DNA of 64,000 nucleotides from an uncultured Chloroflexia bacterium (GTDB taxonomy: Bacteria; Chloroflexota; Anaerolineae; CG2-30-64-16), in assembly GCA_963774265.1 (NCBI GenBank), contig CAVZDU010000001.1, positions 192,001 to 256,000 of the forward strand, given 5' to 3'. This document shows, one piece after another, positions 1 to 11,229 of the stretch. Below the pieces are notes generated by a model that worked only from the letters and a program-made list of their open reading frames with translations, had not been told where the DNA came from and ran no database searches. The translations under genes and the position numbers were made by a program. Position 1 is the stretch's first letter. Each line of letters opens with the position of its first letter.

Positions 1-1374
1 TGCGCTGGGCGCCGTCCGCGAGGGTGACCTCGAAGCCGACCCGCTCCAGCTCTTCCTTGATCAGGTCCTCGATGCCGGCCTTGGCCTTGTAGATGCCGAA
101 CTTTTCCTCGAGCTTCAGCACGTGCAGCTCGATGCGCTTGTGCGTCTCAGGCCGAATCGGCAGCTCATTCCTGGTGTTCTTGACCAGCGAGATGCACTTG
201 TCGGCCGCGTCCTCGGCCAGGGCCAGGTGTTCCGCGCAGCCCACGGTTGCCAGACCCTCCACCGGCGGCGTCAGCTTGCCTTCCCCCTGGGCCTTGTGGA
301 GGCCGATGGCCGCCTTGACGGCCAGGATGCGCCGCAGCGCGTCGATCAGGCGTTCTTCCGTGATGACGCCATTGCGGTAGCCGTCCAGCATGTAGCCGAA
401 ATCCTCTTCTTCGTCGCGGAAGAACAGGAACATGTCGCAGCCCGCGGCGATCGCGCCCGGGACGGCATCTCGGCGTTTCATCGCGCCCGCCAGGCCCAAC
501 ATGTGCGAGGCATCCGTGGTGACCAGGCCGTTGAAATCCAGCTGCGTCTTGAGCAGGCCGTTGATCAGCTCGGGCGCCAGGGTGGCCGGCATCACCTCAT
601 CATAGGTCATGCCCGGCACGAGCTTGTAGGAGTAATACGGCAGCGCGATGTGCCCGGCCATGATCGACATCAGCCCGTCGCCGATCAGCTTCTTGTAGAC
701 CTTGCCGAAGGTGGCATCCCATTCCTCGGGGCTCAGCTCGTTGACCCCGAGCACGATGTGCTGGTCGCGCTCTTCGGTGCCGTCGCCGGGGAAGTGCTTC
801 ACGCAGACGGCGAGACCGCTGTGCTGGATGCCCTTGATGTACTGGGTCGTGTATTTGAGCACCGTGTCGGCATCGGTGCCGTAGGCGCGGGTGTTGACGA
901 TGGTGTTGCGCCAGTTCGTGAGGATGTCGACGCACGGGTCGAAGTTCCAGTTGACGCCGATGGCTGCCTCTTCGCGGCCGGCCACATAGCCGACGTTATA
1001 AGCCACTTCCTCGCTGCCGGAAGCCTCCACCGCCGCGGCCGACGCGATATACGTGCCATCGCCGCAGCAGCCGTCCCCGCCGTTGTCGCAGTTGGCAGCG
1101 ATCAGGAGGGGATCTTGCTCTCAGCCTGGACGCCCTTCAGAAACTCATAGATCTCTTTCGAGTCGCTCCCCGAGTCCTTGTAGCGCTGCCCGCCGTAGTG
1201 GTATTTCTGGAGGGTTTTCCTGGCCGTCTCGAGGTTGAGGTTGTGATTGTGGCTGATGAAGAGCTGACCGATCTTCTCCTCCACCGTCATGCCGGCGATG
1301 GTCTGTTCCACCCACGCGATCGCCTCGTCATCCAAATAATACGGTTTCGCCTTCAGGTTGACCAACTTGCCCAT
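1..1374 (-). CDS. Glycoside hydrolase family 3 (beta-glucosidase/hexosaminidase); runs off the window, apparent frameshift near 1105
   Basis: N-terminus MGKLVNLKAKPYYL..MTVEEKIGQLF; downstream frame has VKHFPGDG, IMAGHIALP and LGFNGLVTTDA, typical GH3 motifs. Confidence 0.85.
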
Positions 1375-1426
1375 CTGATTCTCCTCCTTCTGTAAGCTGC
1401 ACAAGAACAATCCGCTCCGATACGCA

Positions 1427-2266
1427 CTATTTGAAGGGAGTTGTCTTCATGCCGGTGAAAGCGCGCACCTGGGCGGTGATCCCGCGCTCGACGGGCAGGC
1501 GTTCCATACTGGTCGCGCCGTAGAACCCGTTGATGCCAGGCATGCGCTGCAGCGCCCCGGCCACGTTCTCAGGATCATCAAACGGCCCGCCGTGGCAGAT
1601 CACCAGGATATCCTTGCGGATGCTGCGCGCCGCTGCTGCGATTCGGGTGGTGGTGTCAATAGCCTCGTCCATGGTCATCGCCACCGCCGCGCCGATCGTC
1701 CCGCCTGTCGTCAGGCCGACGTGCGCCACGATCATATCCGCACCGGCCTTGGTCATCGCAATGGCTTCTTCTTCGGTGAAGCAGTACGGTGTGGTCAACA
1801 GATCCATCTCGCGCGCCAGGCGCACCATCTCAACTTCTTTGTCATAGCCCAGTCCGGTGGCTTCCATGTTCGCGCGCATCTTGCCGTCAAACAGACCCAC
1901 GGTGGGGAAGTTCTGCACGCCCGAGAACCCCGTTTCTTTGACCTGCTTCAGGAACACAGGCATCAGGCGGAAGGGGTCAGTGGCATTCACGCCGGCCAGC
2001 ACAGGCGTCTTTTTAACCACCGGCAGCACCTCACCGGCCATCTCCATCACGATCGCGTTCGCGTCGCCATAGGCGAACAGCCCGGTGATCGAAACGCGCC
2101 CGGCCATCCGGTAGCGCCCGGTGTTGTAGATCACGATCAGATCAATTCCGCCGGCCTCTTCACATTTAGCCGAAATACCCGTCCCGGCGCCTCCACCAAT
2201 GATGGGGGTGCCCGCGGCAGCTTTGGCATACAGCTTCTTCAGGATCTCTTCACGCGAAATAGCCAT
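1427..2266 (-). CDS. Phosphoenolpyruvate-hydrolase-like TIM-barrel protein (TIM-barrel signal transduction family)
   Basis: GGGAGTGISAK..GGIDLIVIYNTGRYRMAG, GVQNFPTVG, CHGGP, GFYGATSMERLP. Confidence 0.85.
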   Translation of the reverse strand: MAISREEILKKLYAKAAAGTPIIGGGAGTGISAKCEEAGGIDLIVIYNTGRYRMAGRVSITGLFAYGDANAIVMEMAGEVLPVVKKTPVLAGVNATDPFRLMPVFLKQVKETGFSGVQNFPTVGLFDGKMRANMEATGLGYDKEVEMVRLAREMDLLTTPYCFTEEEAIAMTKAGADMIVAHVGLTTGGTIGAAVAMTMDEAIDTTTRIAAAARSIRKDILVICHGGPFDDPENVAGALQRMPGINGFYGATSMERLPVERGITAQVRAFTGMKTTPFK

Positions 2267-2292
2267 TCTTGATTCTCCTGTCTGTCGGTTTC

Positions 2293-3519
2293 CTAGCCTT
2301 TTTTCAACATCGCCAGCAGCGTTTCTGCCACCCTGCCCGAAAAGGCCGGATTGTTCACGTCCAGATCGCTGATTTCCACCGGGATATCCGCGCGCAGATC
2401 GGCGGTCAGCGCATCCACGAAGGCCTGGTCGGCTTCCGGCCACCAAAAGGGCTTGCCGGGAAAATCCACCTCGGAAAAGCCGCCCATCGGAATGAACACT
2501 CGCACCGGTCCGCTGGCCGCGTTGAGCTTCTCTGCGAATACGCGCCCCATGCGCCGGTTTTCTTCGATATTCGTGCGCATCAGCGTCACGTTGGGGTTCC
2601 ATTTGTAGAATAGCCGGTCAGAGTACCTGGTCGGGATGGTTTCCGGCGCCCAAAAATTGCACATATCAATACAGGCCGGGGTGACCACCTGCGGCACGCC
2701 CGCGCGACCAGCGGCTTCCAAGCGGTGTGGGCCGGCGCTCAATACGCCCCCGCACACCTCATCCGCCCACTCAGTAGTCGTCAGATCCAGTACGCCGTCA
2801 AAATAGCCACTGTCGGTCAGCATTTCCATCGTCTTGCCGCCCGCGCCAGTGGCATGGAAGACCAGCACCTCGTAGCCGGCCGCTTCCATGATCTGGCGGG
2901 CGTGATCCACCGCCCGGGTGGTGTTGCCAAATTGCGTCGCGGCGATCAGCGGGCGTTCCTGCTCGGCGCCCGCCGTCTCGGCGACTGCCACACCGCTCAC
3001 CAAACCGCAGATGGCCCCGGCCGCGTTGGTAAAGATCGTGCGGCTGATGCGGTTCAGCCCGGCCACATCGACGATCGAGGGCATCATGGTGATGTCAGTG
3101 GTGCCGACATAGGCGCTGGTATCGCCCGAAGCCACCGTGCTGACCATCAACTTGGGCACCCCCACCGGCAGGGAGCGCATGGCGCTGGTGCCCATCACCG
3201 TGCCGCCGCCTCCGCCCATGGAAATCATGCCGTCGAACGCGCCCGTGTCATAATACTTGCGCGCAACGACAGCCACGCCGCGCACCATCACCGCCATGGC
3301 CTCACCGCGGTCTTTCTTCGCGATCAGCTCGGCCAGGGACGCGCCCCCGGCTTCAGCCACTTCAGCCGCGCTGATATCCGGCGCAAACGCCGGCTCGCCC
3401 AACACACCCACGTTGATCACCAGCGTGCGGCAGCCGCGCTTTTCAATCTCCGCTTTGAGAAAAGCAAACTCCGGCCCTTTGGTATCCAGGGCAGCCACGA
3501 TCGCCACGGTTTTTGCCAT
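2293..3519 (-). CDS. Tm-1-like ATP-binding protein (UPF0261)
   Basis: LDTKGPE, GGGGGT, LPVGVPKLMVST, SIVDVAGLN, VFHATGAGG. Confidence 0.85.
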   Translation of the reverse strand: MAKTVAIVAALDTKGPEFAFLKAEIEKRGCRTLVINVGVLGEPAFAPDISAAEVAEAGGASLAELIAKKDRGEAMAVMVRGVAVVARKYYDTGAFDGMISMGGGGGTVMGTSAMRSLPVGVPKLMVSTVASGDTSAYVGTTDITMMPSIVDVAGLNRISRTIFTNAAGAICGLVSGVAVAETAGAEQERPLIAATQFGNTTRAVDHARQIMEAAGYEVLVFHATGAGGKTMEMLTDSGYFDGVLDLTTTEWADEVCGGVLSAGPHRLEAAGRAGVPQVVTPACIDMCNFWAPETIPTRYSDRLFYKWNPNVTLMRTNIEENRRMGRVFAEKLNAASGPVRVFIPMGGFSEVDFPGKPFWWPEADQAFVDALTADLRADIPVEISDLDVNNPAFSGRVAETLLAMLKKG

Positions 3520-3530
3520 TGGAAAGCCTC

Positions 3531-4233
<703 letters not shown>

Positions 4234-4241
<8 letters not shown>

Positions 4242-4998
4242 AGGAGCTCCCCAGATATACTTCTTGCACTTCCTGATTGGCGCGGATCTCTGCCGGGGTT
4301 CCTTCGGCGATGACCTTGCCACGGTTTAGCACGGTGATGCGGTCAGCCAGGTCGAGCACGATTTCCATATCGTGTTCGATGAGAATCAAGGTCACATCCC
4401 GCGGTAGTTCGCGGATCAATCCGGACAGGATCACCCGCTCGGAGGGAGACAAGCCCGCGGCAGGTTCGTCCAGCATAATCAGGCGCGGGCGCATGGCAAT
4501 CACCATGCCCACTTCCAGCTGGCGCTGCAGCCCGTGCGACAGGTCAGCCACCTTGTGGTCGAGATAATCGGCCAACCCTACCTGTCCGGCGACCTCGCGA
4601 GCCCATTCGCGTTCTGCTTTGCGGCCCTGCCACAGGTTGAGAAAGTGAAATGTCAGTCCCTGGTTGGCCACGCTCGCCAAAAACAGGTTTTCTTCCACTG
4701 TCAGGCTGAGGAACAACTGCGAAATCTGGTAGGTGCGCCCCAGCCCCATGCGGGCGCGCTGTTGGACGGACTTACGGGTGATATCGTGATCAAAAACAAC
4801 GATGCGCCCCTCGTCGGCCGGCAGCTCGCCCGCGATCACGTTAAATAGGGTGGTTTTACCGGCGCCGTTGGGGCCGATCAAAGCACGCCGTTCTCCGATG
4901 GGCACGGACAGATGAACTGACCGCACCGCTTGAACGCCACCAAAGCTTTTGGAGACAGACGTTACCACGAGGGCATGCTTCTGATCGGGCTTATCCAT
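4234..4998 (-). CDS. livG: Branched-chain-type ABC transporter ATPase (LivG-like)
   Basis: GPNGAGKTT, LSHG, LDEPAAGL, IEHDM, C-terminal VQEVYLG. Confidence 0.85.
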
Positions 4999-5058
4999 TG
5001 GGTTGGCTACTCCTGGTTGCAACTCACTGGCTTCCAACCCCCTCTCCGCGCCGGGGTC

Positions 5059-5092
5059 GCCCTCGCCTCCGGGCATTGCCGGAGGCGAGGGC
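5059..5092. terminator. Intercistronic 14-bp stem-loop downstream of the SBP gene (mRNA stabiliser or attenuator)
   Basis: GCCCTCGCCTCCGG-gcattg-CCGGAGGCGAGGGC, perfect inverted repeat with no U-tract. Confidence 0.55.
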
Positions 5093-5124
5093 ACGCAAAG
5101 CGGGCGCCGAGGGAGAGCTCGGTT

Positions 5125-6576
5125 CTACTTGCCGAACTGGACGTAGGTGTACGCGCTGTCGGCCTTCAGCATATCCGGCGCCATATCCGAGCACTTGTCA
5201 GGCGGGAAGGTGTTGCCGTCGGGCTTCTGCGCCATGTAGATATCCGGATTGTATGGGCCAAACTGGCTGACATTCGTCACCGTCAACAGACCCTTGTTGT
5301 ATAACGTGCCGTCGGCAGCCTTGGTCACCTCGCGGATATACACGTTCTCGATGGCGGCATGCCACTTGGGATCCAGCTTGACAGGTCCGCGTGGATCGTC
5401 CGTCAGATCGACGGCCAGCATGGCATCCACCAGCGCGGTCTTGTCTGTGATGTCACCCTTGCGAGCGTCGATCGCGCGCAGGATGACGAGCATGGAAGAA
5501 TAGGCGAACTCGGAGGCCGCCGACGGAGAATGGCCCCATTTCGCCATGAACGCGTCCTTGAACTTGGTCCATTCGGGAGTCGCCAGGTCATCGGCCGTGT
5601 GATGTGGCGAGAGCGAACCGGCGATGTCGGCGGGCATGGAATCCAGATCGGGTTTTTCGAAGGTGTTCGACTGCCCGACCAGGGGCATCTTGGCAACCAT
5701 GCCGAGCTCGGCGTACTGCTTGATGAAGTTGACCGCATCGCCGCCCGCGCCGTTATACAGCACCGCGTCGTAGCCCTTATCCAGCGGGATGGACGCGATC
5801 ATCGAGGAGAAGTCAGAGGTGGTGCCCGGAGGGAACCACACGCTGGTCACTTCCTCGCCACCGCCGCGGCAGAAGCCGCGCTTGAAACCGCCGCCCTGAT
5901 TCCAGGGGTAGGAGTAGTCTTCACCGATTTGGTAGATCTTCTTATAGCCCTTTTCCTTGGCCAACCAGTAACCGAACACGTCCATCGACTGGGCGCCGGT
6001 CCAGGTGGTGCGCACGATCATCGGGTAGAACGAGCGCATGGTCATGTCCTCGGAAGCCGAGTACATGGGCACCACCGGAATGCCCTTGTCCTTCATGTAA
6101 TCGCCCACGGCCAGGCCTTCATCGCCCGAGACCATACCGGTCAGGATGTCAACCTTATCCTGCTCGACCAGTTTCTTGGCCTTGGTGACGGCCTGCTCGT
6201 TGTCGAGCTGATCGTCTTCGTAAATGACGGTGATCGTCTTGCCGCCGGCCGTGTACTTGGCCTGCTCCAGCGCCAGTTCCGCGCCTTCCTTCTGCATCTT
6301 GCCGAAAGAAGAGAACACGCCGGTGAACGCGCTGATGAAGCCGATCTTGATTTCGCCGCCCGCCGCGGGAGCCGCCGGGGCCTCAGTGGCTGCGGGGGCC
6401 GCCGCAGGGGCCTGGGTGGCCGCCGGGGCTGCCGCAGGGGCCTGGGTGGCCGCCGGGGCTGCCGCAGGGGCCTGGGTGGCTGCCGGGGCTGCCGGAGCCG
6501 GCGCGGGCGCGCAGCCCGCAAACAGCATCGAGGCCATGAGGATCATGGACAGCACGACAAAGAATTTCTTGTCCAT
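5125..6576 (-). CDS. ABC substrate-binding lipoprotein (LivK/LivJ-like) with Ala/Pro tether
   Basis: Lipobox FAGC, then APAAT repeats, IKIGFISAFTG, YEDDQ. Confidence 0.85.
   Translation of the reverse strand: MDKKFFVVLSMILMASMLFAGCAPAPAPAAPAATQAPAAAPAATQAPAAAPAATQAPAAAPAATEAPAAPAAGGEIKIGFISAFTGVFSSFGKMQKEGAELALEQAKYTAGGKTITVIYEDDQLDNEQAVTKAKKLVEQDKVDILTGMVSGDEGLAVGDYMKDKGIPVVPMYSASEDMTMRSFYPMIVRTTWTGAQSMDVFGYWLAKEKGYKKIYQIGEDYSYPWNQGGGFKRGFCRGGGEEVTSVWFPPGTTSDFSSMIASIPLDKGYDAVLYNGAGGDAVNFIKQYAELGMVAKMPLVGQSNTFEKPDLDSMPADIAGSLSPHHTADDLATPEWTKFKDAFMAKWGHSPSAASEFAYSSMLVILRAIDARKGDITDKTALVDAMLAVDLTDDPRGPVKLDPKWHAAIENVYIREVTKAADGTLYNKGLLTVTNVSQFGPYNPDIYMAQKPDGNTFPPDKCSDMAPDMLKADSAYTYVQFGK
6391..6496 (-). 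repeat. 30-bp coding tandem repeat (~3.5 copies; AAAPAATQAP)
   Basis: gccgcaggggcctgggtggccgccggggct repeated. Confidence 0.85.
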
Positions 6577-6643
6577 TTTTCTTCTCCTTTAAATCTAGTC
6601 AGTCTGATCGAAGCATAGGGTCACCTCAGGGAGCAGTTACAGC

Positions 6644-7660
6644 TCATCCGCCTCCTTTCTCCTGTGGCCCACTTCCCTGAGCGGGCCGCCCGAAAAAGCC
6701 GCGCAGGAAGGCCAGCTTCTCGCCTTTGCGAATCGAATCCAGCAGCCCCAGGATACCTGTCGGGGAAAACAGCACCGTCAGGACGAAGATGATGCCAATG
6801 ACCGTATTGTAGCGCTCGGTCACCTGGCTGATGAGCACATCCAGCCAGACTGCAATGACGGTGCCCACCACCGGGCCCCAGAAGTAGCTGGCCCCGCCCA
6901 GGATCACCATGAGCAGCACCCAGATGGTGCGGCTGAGTTGGATGGTCGTAGGGGTGATAATGCCGGTGTTGTACGTCGCCAGGATGCCGCCGATCCCGGC
7001 GTAGACCGCGGCGATCAGGAAGGCCACCACGCGGATCCAGTAGACCGGGTAACCCAGCGCAGCCATCCGGCGGGGGCTCTCCCGCACGCCGTTCAGCACC
7101 AGGCCAAAAGGCGAGCGGGTGATGCGCCGCAACAGGACCAACCCCAGCACAAACAGCACCAGCGAAGCCCAGTAATAGTTGCTCGTATTGTTGAAGTTCA
7201 CCCCTAAGATGGTGAAAGGGCGAATGCCGCGGATACCCGCCCAGCCGTGCAGCAATGTAGTGTTCTGCTGCGCAAAGGCCCAGCAGATTTGCCCGAAGGC
7301 CAGGGTGATCATCAGAAATACAATCTTGTGGGTGCGCATGGCGATCATCCCGAAGAACAACGCCAGCAGCAGCACCACGCACACGGCAATGACATCTGCC
7401 AGGGGGAAGGGGATGCCGCGCTCGTAGCCCAGCAGGCCGATCGCATACCCCGCCGTGCCAAAGAATGCGCTCTGCGTCAGGCTGACCATGCCGCCCTGTC
7501 CGATCAAGAAACCCATGCTCAGGGACAGGAAACCGAAATAGATGATGCGGATGAAAGTAGTGATGGTGTATTGCTGCGCATATAGCGGCAGCAATACCAA
7601 CAGCACAGCCGCCACCAACCCTAGTGCCAGCCTGGGGAGATTTGCGCGATTCAGGCTCAT
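6644..7660 (-). CDS. livM: ABC permease (LivM-like)
   Basis: GQGGMVSLTQSAFFG, SPFGLVLNGVRES, MVILGG. Confidence 0.8.
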   Translation of the reverse strand: MSLNRANLPRLALGLVAAVLLVLLPLYAQQYTITTFIRIIYFGFLSLSMGFLIGQGGMVSLTQSAFFGTAGYAIGLLGYERGIPFPLADVIAVCVVLLLALFFGMIAMRTHKIVFLMITLAFGQICWAFAQQNTTLLHGWAGIRGIRPFTILGVNFNNTSNYYWASLVLFVLGLVLLRRITRSPFGLVLNGVRESPRRMAALGYPVYWIRVVAFLIAAVYAGIGGILATYNTGIITPTTIQLSRTIWVLLMVILGGASYFWGPVVGTVIAVWLDVLISQVTERYNTVIGIIFVLTVLFSPTGILGLLDSIRKGEKLAFLRGFFGRPAQGSGPQEKGGG

Positions 7661-8518
7661 AGCTGCCTCCCAAGCAGACCCTGAGGACGGATCGCCAGCA
7701 CCAACGCCATGGGGATGAAGATCAGGAAGTACGAGTACTGCGGCATATAGGCCAGCCCGAAGGAGATGATCTGCCCCAGGATGAGCGAACTGACAAATGC
7801 GCCTGCCAGGCTGCCCATCCCGCCCAGAATGATCACCACCAGTGAATAGGTCAGGATGGTGGTATCCCCGCCAGGGGAAAGCTGCAGGTACGAACCGCCC
7901 AGCACCCCGGCGAAACCCACCAGCAGCGAGGCCAGCACAAACACGAAGGTGTAGATTACGTTGATATTGACGCCCAGCGCGCTCGACCGTCTCGCGGTCA
8001 TCCACGCCCGCGCGCACCGCCGCGCCCAGCTTGGTCCGATACAGCACCAACCACAGCACGACTGCAATCAATACCGCCAGCCCCATGAGGACATAGCGAA
8101 ACCCGGGATAGGTGACGCCCAGGATGGTGATGGACGGGTTGAACACTTTGGGCACATTCAGCGTCAGCGGGTGGCGTTCCCAGAAGACCAGCGCCAGGTC
8201 TGCGATAATCATCGAAAGTGCCACGGTTAGCAGCGTTTCGGGCAGATCGCCGCCGCGCACGCGCGCCAGCATGGTGCGCTCAAAGACAAAGCCCAGCAGC
8301 GCGATCGACAACCCACCCGCCAGCAGCGCCAGCGGCCAGTTCCCCGTGGCTTTGACCACCGAGTAACCGATGTACCCGCCCAGCATGTAAAACGCGCCGT
8401 GCGCCAGATTGACCACGCGCATCAACCCGAAGGCCAGGGTCAAGCCGCTGCCCAGCACGAACAGGATGGCCGCCTGCGTCAGGCCGTTGAGGATCAAGAG
8501 GGCTAGTTTAAGCTCCAT
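7657..8518 (-). CDS. livH: ABC permease (LivH-like), apparent frameshift near 7980
   Basis: GLTLAFGLMRVVNLAHGAFY, TKLGAAVRA, then LGVNIN..GGMGS..RPQGLLG in a second frame. Confidence 0.8.
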
Positions 8519-10033
8519 CGCTTCTTCCAGATCTTCCTTCGGGGATAAGGCCGGCTTGTGCGCGGCTGCCACATTATACAGCAAAATTGTCTGCGCCGCC
8601 CAACCTACCTGCAACGGACTCTTCAACTCTGTACAATGTGGTATCATGTTGGTCAGCCACGGACCAAGTTGAGCCCACTCGTCGACCCTGCCGTAGGAGG
8701 AAGTTCCATGCTCCACGCGTTCGCCATCCCGCTTCTCGCCCGGCTTGGGCTCGTCATAGCACTCCTGGCGCCCCAGGGCCTGCCTATGACCCAACTGGCG
8801 CCCCCGGCGCACCCGAAATCTGCCCCCGCGGTTGAGCGGCCTGCCGTTCCCGCGGCGCCGCAAAGCGAGGTCACCCTCAACCCCGCCGCCGACGCCACGA
8901 TCTCCGTTGGCTCTCCCGACACCAACCTCGGCGGCGACGCGCTCTTGTGGACGCAGATGGGCTCCTTCATGAAGGTCCAGTCAGATCCCGCTGCCGGCGT
9001 CAACACGGGCCCGCGCGAACAGGCGCCGAGGAGCCCGGCCTGGGAGCCGACGCAACGGGCCTTGCTGCGATTTGACCTGCCGGCCGGCGTCGTGATCGAT
9101 GCGGCGCGGCTCCTCCTGAAGCCCGATCAGGCGGGGGGTGCGGATTCCGTGGTGCTGACCGCCTACCAGATCACCTCGGACTGGACGGAGATGGGCGTCA
9201 CTTGGAATAACCAGCCGCCCCGGGGGTCGCTCTACGCGCAAGGCACCGTGGGTGTGGCAACCTCGTGGGTCGCCTGGGACGTCACGGAGATCGCCCGCGC
9301 CTGGCAGGCAGGTCCGAACTACGGCCTGTTGTTGGAGCCCGCGGAACCGACTACCGTCGTCTGGTACCGGTCGTTTCTAAGCCGGGATCGGAATCCCGTC
9401 CAGAACCTGCCGCAGTTGGTGGTCACCTACCATCTTCCCAACGCCACCCTCTACGCGCCTCCCGGCGGACGGCCCGGCGCCGAGCTGCCGGTGGCGGGGC
9501 AGAACTACCCGCCCAGCGCCGCGATCACCCTGCAGCTGGAGCGCGGCGGCAGCAGTTGGTCGTGCGGCAGCGCCAACGCGGATGGCGCGGGCACACTGCA
9601 GTCGCGTTGTACCGTGCCCCTGGCCCTGCCGGTCGGCGAGGCAGTCCTGAGCGCACGTTCGGTGAGTGGCGCCCTGCTGGCCTCAGCCGCGGTGCAGATC
9701 CTGGCGGGCCCCGGCTTGCAGATTTCCCCGGCGTCCGGCCCGCCTGGCACAGTGGTCCAGTACTCCGTCACGAACCTGGTCGCCGGCAGCCTGCGCCTGG
9801 ACTACGACGGTGTGCCGCTGGTCGGCCCGCGGCCCGTCGCGAGTGGCGCCGCCAGCGGCTCGTTCGTCGTGCCGGCCGACCGGCCATCGCCGCTGGGCAG
9901 CGCGACCGCGGTCAAGGCAGTCAACATCGCCGGCCGCCAGTCTGCCGGCGCGGCAGAGGTCGTCTTCCGGTCACAACCTGCCACGGCGCCCCCGAGTTTT
10001 CAGTTCACCTCGGCCAGTGCGTCCGGGGCCCAC

Positions 10034-11229
10034 CTAGTGCAGAATCAGGCCACCTTTTCGGTGACAGCAAGATGTGACTCATGATCACAGCCAAAGTGCG
10101 CACAGACCCGGTCGGCCAGTTCCTGCGCCGTGAGCAGGCGAGCCGGCTCGACGACCTTGCGCTTGCCGTGCACCCAGTGCGGCTCGATGCGATTGAGCCA
10201 GGGGCTCTTGCTGGGCAAGTAGCAGGCGACGATGCGCACGCCCTGGCCTTGCTGCCTGACCGCTCGGTTGTGCGTCGCGCATCCAGTGCGCACCTCTTTG
10301 CTGATGTGCCAGGAGGCGTTGTCCCAGATCATGAGCAGCGCCTTCTTGCCCAGCTTGGCCAGCTTCTCGCAGCACCAGGCCAGGTACTGCGTGGTGACCG
10401 CACTGATCGGGCGGTCCTCGACGAAGCGCAGCCAGACCTGTTCCGGCAGGGTCTCGGGCGCCGCCGGACAGGAAACCAGCAGGCCGTAGCAAGCCAGCGC
10501 CTTGCGATCAGGATCATCCTTGGGCGCCGTCTGCTCGATCAGGCGCAAGGCCTGCGTCCTCGTCAGCCCAGGCGTGCAGGCTGCGGTTGCGTCACCCGGC
10601 TCCACCAGACCTCATCCTGAAAGCCCAAGGCGTACTCGGGATGGCGCTCGGCCAGTGCGATCAGTCGGTCGCGGTCGCTTTTTTTCGCGCATACGCCGGA
10701 TCAGGGCTGGTGATCCACTGCTTGGCCCGCTTCCAGCGCACGCCCAGCCGCTGCAGGGCCGTCCGCACCGCTTCCCGGCTGACCCGTTCCGGCGTCAGGC
10801 CCTGCTCGAAGCTGACCTCGGCGGCCAACTCCAGCGTCCACAGGCTGGTCTCTTTGCCGAAGTTGCGCGGACTCTGGTGCAGCAGCGCCCTGCAGTTGCT
10901 CGGCCTGGGCCGCATCAAAGCCACGCTCGATGGTGTGCGCTACCGACGAACCGGCCGTCAAGCGCCTCCAGCCCCGCCCGGTTGAAGGCATTGATGGCAT
11001 TGAGGGCCGTATCGGTGTCACAGCCCAACTCGGCCGCAATCTGCGAGGCCCGCTTGCCGCTCGCACTCGCCAGCAGAATCTGGCAGCGCCGCAGCACGAA
11101 GGCATCACGCGAGCGCAGCCCGGCCGTCAAGGCGGCTCGCTCCTCATCGGTCAATTGTCGAACGTAGATCGGTGCTCTTGCCATGCCGCATAGATAACAC
11201 ACCGATCACCCGATCTGCAACTACACTAG
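10034..11229 (-). mobile_element. IS630-family element inserted at (C)TA(G)
   Basis: CTAG at 10034-37 and 11226-29; ends GTGCAG / rc GTGTAG; excision restores the host ORF. Confidence 0.9.
10045..11184 (-). CDS. IS630 transposase (HTH + DDE), split over several frames; A7 slippery site near 10680
   Basis: RRCQILLASASG, WTLELAA, WDNASWH, LPSKSPWLNRIE. Confidence 0.85.

Noticed and set aside
6391-6496. 30-bp tandem repeats as a non-coding array
   Set aside because: In-frame Ala/Pro linker of a lipoprotein.
6644-8863. Apparent 739-aa LivH-LivM fusion in the ORF track
   Set aside because: An indel near 7980 creates it; the true LivH C-terminus is in another frame and LivM has its own RBS and ATG at 7660.
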